DNA of 42,232 nt from Candidatus Aerophobota bacterium. GTDB taxonomy: Bacteria > Aerophobota > Aerophobia > Aerophobales > Aerophobaceae. The DNA lies in contig DAOVGF010000031.1 in assembly GCA_030672545.1 (NCBI GenBank), positions 1 to 42,232 of the forward strand, read 5' to 3'. The notes under the pieces were generated by a model that searched no databases, was not told the DNA's origin, and saw nothing but the letters and a program-made list of their open reading frames with translations. Positions 36,740-42,232 of this stretch are shown here, in pieces. Position numbers and translations under genes: made by a program. The first letter of the stretch is position 1; every line of letters starts with the position of its first letter.

Positions 36740-37803
36740 CCGAAAAAGTATCTCAGTTGGAAGGGGAACTTCTGGAATTACTTAAGTTGGTGGCACCGGG
36801 AACTTCTTTAAGACAGGGATTGGAAATAATTCTGCAGGCTGGAACGGGAGGTCTCATTGTAGTAGGAGATAGTCAAAAAAATTTTAATTTAGTTGATGGT
36901 GGATTTAAACTTGATTGTTCTCTTACTCCTATGACCTTAGCAGAATTAGCTAAAATGGACGGAGCGATTATTCTATCGCGGGGTGCAGTAAGAATCTTAA
37001 GAGCTAATGCTCAACTTATCCCTGATTATCTTATTCCCTCCGATGAAAGAGGAACCCGTCACAGAACAGCCGAACGAATGGCTAAACAGACAGGGTCTCT
37101 GGTCATAGCTATTTCTGAACTGCGAAACATCATTACTCTCTACAAAGGTCAAATAAAGTATGTTTTAAGAAGGCCCCCCGAACTTATCAGTAGAGCAAAC
37201 CAAGCTATTCAGACTTTGGAGAAATATCGGGTGGCCTTTGACATAGTATTAAACGAGCTGGAAATCCAGGAATTCGAGGACGACGTCCAATTATTCAACG
37301 TGGTTAGAGTAGTTCAAAAGGGTGAACAAATAAAAAGAGTAAAAGACGAAATTGACCGATATATTGTAGAGTTAGGGGAAGAGGCCAGACTTATTGAGAT
37401 GCAGTTGAAGGAAGTGGTCGAGAATACCTTAACCGATCACCGGCTAGTCATAAAGGATTATGTCAAAGAAAAAGACGAAAATGCATCGGCTAAATTGAAT
37501 GCTCTTGACTCCAATGCATTGTTGGAGCCGACTTCAATTACGGGAGTATTAGGATACGGGATAAAACCAGAATATCTCGATCTTTCCGTTTCACCCCGGG
37601 GTTACCGGGTTCTATCGAAAATTCCCCGTTTTCCTGCCGTAGTAGTGGAAAATTTAATAAAAGCTTTTGATGATTTACCCTCAATCATCAACGCCAACAT
37701 CAATGATTTGATTACCATAAACGAAGTGGGGGAAAAAAGAGCTAATTCCATTAAAAGAGAATTAGAAAGACTAAGAGACCGGGCCCTGTTACGAAAATAC
37801 TAA
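36736..37803 (+). CDS. disA: DNA integrity scanning diadenylate cyclase
   Basis: DGA and RHR cyclase motifs, C-terminal HhH; follows radA. Confidence 0.96.
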   Translation: MTEKVSQLEGELLELLKLVAPGTSLRQGLEIILQAGTGGLIVVGDSQKNFNLVDGGFKLDCSLTPMTLAELAKMDGAIILSRGAVRILRANAQLIPDYLIPSDERGTRHRTAERMAKQTGSLVIAISELRNIITLYKGQIKYVLRRPPELISRANQAIQTLEKYRVAFDIVLNELEIQEFEDDVQLFNVVRVVQKGEQIKRVKDEIDRYIVELGEEARLIEMQLKEVVENTLTDHRLVIKDYVKEKDENASAKLNALDSNALLEPTSITGVLGYGIKPEYLDLSVSPRGYRVLSKIPRFPAVVVENLIKAFDDLPSIINANINDLITINEVGEKRANSIKRELERLRDRALLRKY

Positions 37804-37845
37804 TTAGCCCGGTTCTCACTGAAACACACAGGAGAAAAACAATTA

Positions 37846-38889
37846 ATGAAAATAGAACAATTTCGGTTAAGAATACTATTTGTTATCTTGGTGGGAGCGG
37901 TTTGTTTTGCCGTGGCTTCCAACCTAAATATAGATCCCTGGAAGCCGACTTTGATCGGCGGGTGGCTGGCCACTATCATTTTAGTGATTGAAGCAGGGCT
38001 CAGTCGAGTTTCCATAAAAAAGCTAATAGCGGCAGCAATAGGTCTGGGAGCGGGGGTAGTTATAGCCAACATAGTGAGCTATCCTCTTTTGCTAATTGAC
38101 CAGTTCAAATCTTCAGCACCTCTCATTCTTTTAGTAATCAATGCTTTAGCTGCTTCGATTGGTCTGACGGTAGCTCTCAACCGCGAAGAGGAGTTATTTG
38201 ATTTAATTTTCCGCATCGTAGGAAAAAAAGGCCGGATGGGCAAAGGAGAGGACTATAAGATTCTGGATACTTCTGTCATCATCGACGGAAGAATAGCTGA
38301 ACTCTGTGAGACCGGATTTATTGAAGGTACTCTGGTTATTCCTCATTTTGTTCTTAATGAGCTCCAACAAATTGCTGATTCTTCCTCTTCCACCAAGAGA
38401 GTTCGAGGCAAGAGAGGTTTGGATATGGTCAATAGACTGCAGAATCAGGATAACATTTCCGTAATGATCACTGATCAAGATTTCCCTCAGATTCTTGAAG
38501 TAGACACAAAATTGCTCCAATTAGCTAAAAATATGGATGCCAAAATAGTCACTAACGATCATAATTTGAAAAAAGTAGCCAAAATTCAGGAGGTTCCTGT
38601 CTTAAATATCAACGAGTTGGCCACCTCTTTGAAACCTGTTCTTCTCCCGGGGGAGAACCTGAGTATTAATATCTTGAAAGCGGGGGAGAATCCCAACCAG
38701 GGGGTGGCTTATCTGGAAGATGGTACTATGGTAATAGTGGAGGGTGGCAAAAGATACATAAGTAAAGAAATAGACGTAACCGTAACCTCCGTTCTTCAGA
38801 CTACCACGGGCAAGATGATCTTTACTGAGGTAAAAAAGGAAGAAAACGAAAGAGAAAAAAAAAGGAAAAACAGAGGCAGAATTAAGTGA
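37846..38889 (+). CDS. Membrane PIN/TRAM-domain protein (YacL-like)
   Basis: N-terminal TM helices; LDTSVIIDGR, RGKRGLD, TND and GVAYLEDGTM. Confidence 0.93.
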   Translation: MKIEQFRLRILFVILVGAVCFAVASNLNIDPWKPTLIGGWLATIILVIEAGLSRVSIKKLIAAAIGLGAGVVIANIVSYPLLLIDQFKSSAPLILLVINALAASIGLTVALNREEELFDLIFRIVGKKGRMGKGEDYKILDTSVIIDGRIAELCETGFIEGTLVIPHFVLNELQQIADSSSSTKRVRGKRGLDMVNRLQNQDNISVMITDQDFPQILEVDTKLLQLAKNMDAKIVTNDHNLKKVAKIQEVPVLNINELATSLKPVLLPGENLSINILKAGENPNQGVAYLEDGTMVIVEGGKRYISKEIDVTVTSVLQTTTGKMIFTEVKKEENEREKKRKNRGRIK

Positions 38890-39611
38890 GAGTGGAAGCC
38901 ATTATTGCGGCGGGAGGAAAAGGCGAAAGATTTGGGAAGGTAAAACCAAAGCAGTTTTGTCTTTTGAGAGGACAACCGGTAATATGCTGGACTTTGGATA
39001 TATTTCAAAGATGTCCCTTGATACACCGGATAATCCTGGTGATTCCTCAAGGAATGATAGAGTTATCCAAAAAGGTTATTTTGCCGGAAAGATATACCAA
39101 AGTTAAGGCTGTGGTTGAAGGTGGCCAAAGAAGAATGGATTCGGTTTCTCAAGGTTTGAAACATCTCACCGGAGATGCTGATGTTGTCCTCATACACGAT
39201 GGAGTCAGACCTCTACTACCTGTTTCTCTTTTAAATAGAGTTATTAGAATCTCCGAGGAGTACGAAGCCATAACTCCAGGAATCCCTCTTAAGGAAACAG
39301 TTAAGAAAGCTGGTCCGGAGGGTTATGTCCTGAATACTCTAAAGCGAGAGAAAATCTATCTAATCCAAACTCCTCAGGTCTTCCAGCCAGACTTGATAAA
39401 AAAGGCTCACCAAGAAGCTCAAAAAATGAAATGGGACGCTCCGGATGACGCTTATTTGGTGGAAAAATTGGGTAAAAAGGTTAGAATTATTAAGGGAAGT
39501 GAATTAAATATTAAGATCACTACCTCTTTGGACTTAAGGATGGCGGAAGTACTTCTCGGAGAAAATATTTTTATTAAAGATACCTCCAATTATGGAGAAG
39601 TATCAAGGTAG
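38886..39611 (+). CDS. ispD: 2-C-methyl-D-erythritol 4-phosphate cytidylyltransferase
   Basis: AAGGKGERFG, IHDGVRP, QTPQ and NIKITT. Confidence 0.96.
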   Translation: MRVEAIIAAGGKGERFGKVKPKQFCLLRGQPVICWTLDIFQRCPLIHRIILVIPQGMIELSKKVILPERYTKVKAVVEGGQRRMDSVSQGLKHLTGDADVVLIHDGVRPLLPVSLLNRVIRISEEYEAITPGIPLKETVKKAGPEGYVLNTLKREKIYLIQTPQVFQPDLIKKAHQEAQKMKWDAPDDAYLVEKLGKKVRIIKGSELNIKITTSLDLRMAEVLLGENIFIKDTSNYGEVSR

Positions 39612-39616
39612 ATAAG

Positions 39617-40099
39617 ATGAGGGTTGGAATAGGATATGATATTCATGTTTTGGCCCGGGAAAGAAAACTAATCCTGGGAGGAGTAAACATTCCTTTTGAA
39701 ATGGGATTATCCGGCCATTCTGATGCTGATGTCCTGACACATTCATTAGGTGATGCCCTCTTGGGAGCAGCCGGAATGGAGGACATAGGACATTTTTTTC
39801 CGGATACCGATGTCCAGTATAAAAATATCTCCAGTCTAATTTTGCTGGGAAAAATTTATTTTATGCTCAAAAAGGACAACTTTCGGATAATTAACCTGGA
39901 TGCGGTTATGGTTGTGGACAAACCCAAATTGTCTCCTTATGTTCCACAAATGAAGGAAAATCTGGCTAAAATCCTGGGAATATCTCCCCGACAGATAGGA
40001 ATAAAAGCCACCACCTGGGAGGGTTTTTCCCCGGTAGAAGGCAAAAAAGGAATCTGTTGTTGGGCAATTGCTAATATAGAAAAAATCTCACCGGAATAG
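39617..40099 (+). CDS. ispF: 2-C-methyl-D-erythritol 2,4-cyclodiphosphate synthase
   Basis: GIGYDIH, HSDADV and IKATT. Confidence 0.97.
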   Translation: MRVGIGYDIHVLARERKLILGGVNIPFEMGLSGHSDADVLTHSLGDALLGAAGMEDIGHFFPDTDVQYKNISSLILLGKIYFMLKKDNFRIINLDAVMVVDKPKLSPYVPQMKENLAKILGISPRQIGIKATTWEGFSPVEGKKGICCWAIANIEKISPE

Positions 40100-40103
40100 T
40101 CGA

Positions 40104-41678
40104 ATGAGCCTGAGAATATATAATACGCTTAGGAGGAAGAAAGAGGAATTTTTACCTCTAAATGATAATCAAGTGAAAATGTACGTTTGTGGGGTGACTC
40201 TTTATGATGAATTGCATCTGGGGCATGCTCGAGCAGCGGTAATTTTCGATGTTATTTATCGCTATCTAAAATACCAGGGCTGGCAGGTAAAATATGTCAC
40301 TAATTTTACTGACGTAGATGATAAAATGATTGATCGGGCTCAAATGCTCAATTTGAGTATCTACCAATTAACCGAAAGATTTATGGGAGAATACTTTCAA
40401 CAGATGCAGGCCCTGGGTGTCCTACCGGTTCTGTGTTATCCTCGAGCTACTGAGCATCTTCCGGAGATAATCGACTTAATCAAGAGACTTGAGAGTAAAG
40501 GACTGGCTTATGTCTCTGAGGGGGATGTTTTCTTCCGGGTAAAGAGTTTCCCTGATTACGGGAAACTTTCCGGACAGGCTATCTCAGAATTAGCCGTGGG
40601 AGCAAGAATAGAAATCAATGAGAAAAAAGAGGATCCGCTTGATTTTGCTCTCTGGAAAAAATCCAAGAAAGGAGAACCGGCCTGGGATAGTCCCTGGGGT
40701 GAGGGAAGACCAGGCTGGCATATTGAGTGTTCAGCTATGGCTATGAAGTACCTGGGTGAGAGCATTGATATTCATGGAGGAGGACAAGATTTAGTCTTTC
40801 CTCATCACGAAAATGAAATTGCTCAATCGGAAGGCGCCACCGGGAAGACTTTTGCCCGATTTTGGGTTCATAATGGACTGGTAACTATGAATCAGGCAAA
40901 AATGTCTAAATCCACCGGTAATTTCCTCACCCTGAGAGAGGCTCTGAAGCAATATCCGGGAGAGGTGGTAAGATTCTTTTTGCTCTCGGCCCATTACCGC
41001 AGTCCCCTTGATTACAGTCAAACCAGCCTCAAAGAAGCTTCTCTGGCTCTGAAGCGAATTCACACTCTCTTGGACAAGATCAACAATCTGCCTAAACCTC
41101 AAGAACATCCCCCGGTTCAAAATGAGGGACAAGTAAGCCAATTTGACCGACAGATTGACAATAGTTTTGACGATTTCATCCGGGCTCTAAATGACGATTT
41201 TAACACCCCCTTGGCCATCTCGGCTATTTTCCTACTGGTAAAAAAGGCCAACCTTTGGGCAGAAAAAGTTGAGTCTCTTAATCTCTATTCCTATAATTCC
41301 CTCATTAAAGTTAGAGACAGGATTGGGCAAATGGGCCAAATGCTTGGACTCTTTCAGGCAAAACAGCAAAAGGATGGTCCTTCGCTGGAAAGCATAAAGC
41401 AGCTTCAGGAAGAGTTAGCCGGTATCTTCAAGGGTAAAACGCCGGGGGAATACTTTTCTACCCAGATAGACCAAATGAAATCTCTTCCCCCAAAACAAGT
41501 GATCGATCTCTGGGTAGATTACCGAAACAAACTTCGCCGGGACAGAAACTGGACTCTGGCCGACAAGATTAGAGCAAAATTAGCCGGCTACGGAATAATT
41601 ATCGAGGATGGCAAAAAGGGAACTACCTGGCGATGGTCAATGAGGAGTAGGTCAGATCAGGAGGTGGCAGATATATGA
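40104..41678 (+). CDS. cysS: Cysteine--tRNA ligase
   Basis: CGVT, HLGH, GWHIEC, FPHHENE and KMSKS. Confidence 0.98.
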   Translation: MSLRIYNTLRRKKEEFLPLNDNQVKMYVCGVTLYDELHLGHARAAVIFDVIYRYLKYQGWQVKYVTNFTDVDDKMIDRAQMLNLSIYQLTERFMGEYFQQMQALGVLPVLCYPRATEHLPEIIDLIKRLESKGLAYVSEGDVFFRVKSFPDYGKLSGQAISELAVGARIEINEKKEDPLDFALWKKSKKGEPAWDSPWGEGRPGWHIECSAMAMKYLGESIDIHGGGQDLVFPHHENEIAQSEGATGKTFARFWVHNGLVTMNQAKMSKSTGNFLTLREALKQYPGEVVRFFLLSAHYRSPLDYSQTSLKEASLALKRIHTLLDKINNLPKPQEHPPVQNEGQVSQFDRQIDNSFDDFIRALNDDFNTPLAISAIFLLVKKANLWAEKVESLNLYSYNSLIKVRDRIGQMGQMLGLFQAKQQKDGPSLESIKQLQEELAGIFKGKTPGEYFSTQIDQMKSLPPKQVIDLWVDYRNKLRRDRNWTLADKIRAKLAGYGIIIEDGKKGTTWRWSMRSRSDQEVADI

Positions 41679-42232
41679 GTGAATTACTAATTTATGAGAC
41701 ATTTGAAAAGTCAAAATTGGATCCCAGGCTTAATTGGCTCAATCCCCCGGAGAAATGGTCAATAGATACCGCCTCTTCATCCTTAATTGTGCAGCCGAAG
41801 GCAAAAACTGATTACTGGCAAAAAACATATTATGGTTTTGCCACCGATAATGGTCATTTTTTGTTTGCCGAGATTGAAGATAATGTGGTTATAACTACTC
41901 AGGTCAGATTTAGCCCGGTTCACCAATACGATCAGGCAGGACTGATGGTTCGTGTCTCACCGCAGTGTTGGCTAAAGACCTGCGTGGAATATGAACCTGA
42001 TATTCCCAGCAAGCTTGGAGTAGTAGTCACCAATTTTGGTTATTCCGACTGGTCGACCCAGGATTTCCCCCCTCACCGTAATGAGCTTCTCCTGAGAATA
42101 CGACGAAAAGGAGACGATTATATTGTTGAATATCGGGACAATGGTACAAAACCAGGAGGGGAAAAAGAGGGTAACTGGACTCAGATAAGGATGGCTCATC
42201 TTCATAACCAGAGTAATAATATTCCCGTCAAG
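41675..42232 (+). CDS. DUF1349 (ConA-like, Ree1-related) protein, truncated by the window edge
   Basis: Not in the track. ATGA overlap with the cysS stop and SD GGAGGTG; translation includes WLNPP, TDYWQKTYYGF, YDQAGLM and GYSDWS. Confidence 0.85.
   Translation, partial: MSELLIYETFEKSKLDPRLNWLNPPEKWSIDTASSSLIVQPKAKTDYWQKTYYGFATDNGHFLFAEIEDNVVITTQVRFSPVHQYDQAGLMVRVSPQCWLKTCVEYEPDIPSKLGVVVTNFGYSDWSTQDFPPHRNELLLRIRRKGDDYIVEYRDNGTKPGGEKEGNWTQIRMAHLHNQSNNIPVK

Noticed and set aside
1-42232. CRISPR arrays, IS or integrase genes, selenocysteine or frameshift recoding, and the many antisense/alternate-frame ORFs in the track
   Set aside because: No spaced repeats or transposase motifs were seen; recognised genes are full length without internal stops; the shadow ORFs lie within well-supported genes and lack motifs.

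Overview
A gene-dense bacterial chromosomal window. It looks like a diderm, because it encodes a small outer-membrane beta-barrel and a SurA-like chaperone, yet it has Firmicutes-like gene clusters. An uncultured lineage such as Ca. Aerophobetes is plausible, but that is inference only. The left half (1-22.7 kb) is accessory and metabolic: a partial response regulator with a structured leader; a nitroreductase; a DUF2284-hydroxyacid dehydrogenase-IMPase-OMP-patatin-pdxA run; a divergent NagB-family enzyme; a metallophosphoesterase + ParB/Srx-DUF4032-like + M23 operon divergent from PBP1A; a YHS protein missed by the ORF track; a DUF62 SAM-adenosyltransferase with an altered active-site motif; and a putative amino-sugar/aminocyclitol catabolic cluster with a sugar ABC importer. 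The right half is housekeeping: comF-csp-hpf-ptsN-metK, cysE, and HNH-prfA-mfd-surA-murA-mreB-radA-disA-PIN/TRAM-ispD-ispF-cysS-DUF1349. I found no tRNA, rRNA, CRISPR array, transposase or integrase. Best candidates for undescribed biology: (1) the phosphoesterase/ParB-Srx pair as a possible writer-eraser module; (2) the aminotransferase-MlrC-isomerase-ABC pathway; (3) the His-to-Gln DUF62 variant; (4) several structured intergenic RNAs; (5) a preference for 16-bp spacers in near-consensus sigma70-type promoters. All family calls come from motif recognition by eye; no database search was run.
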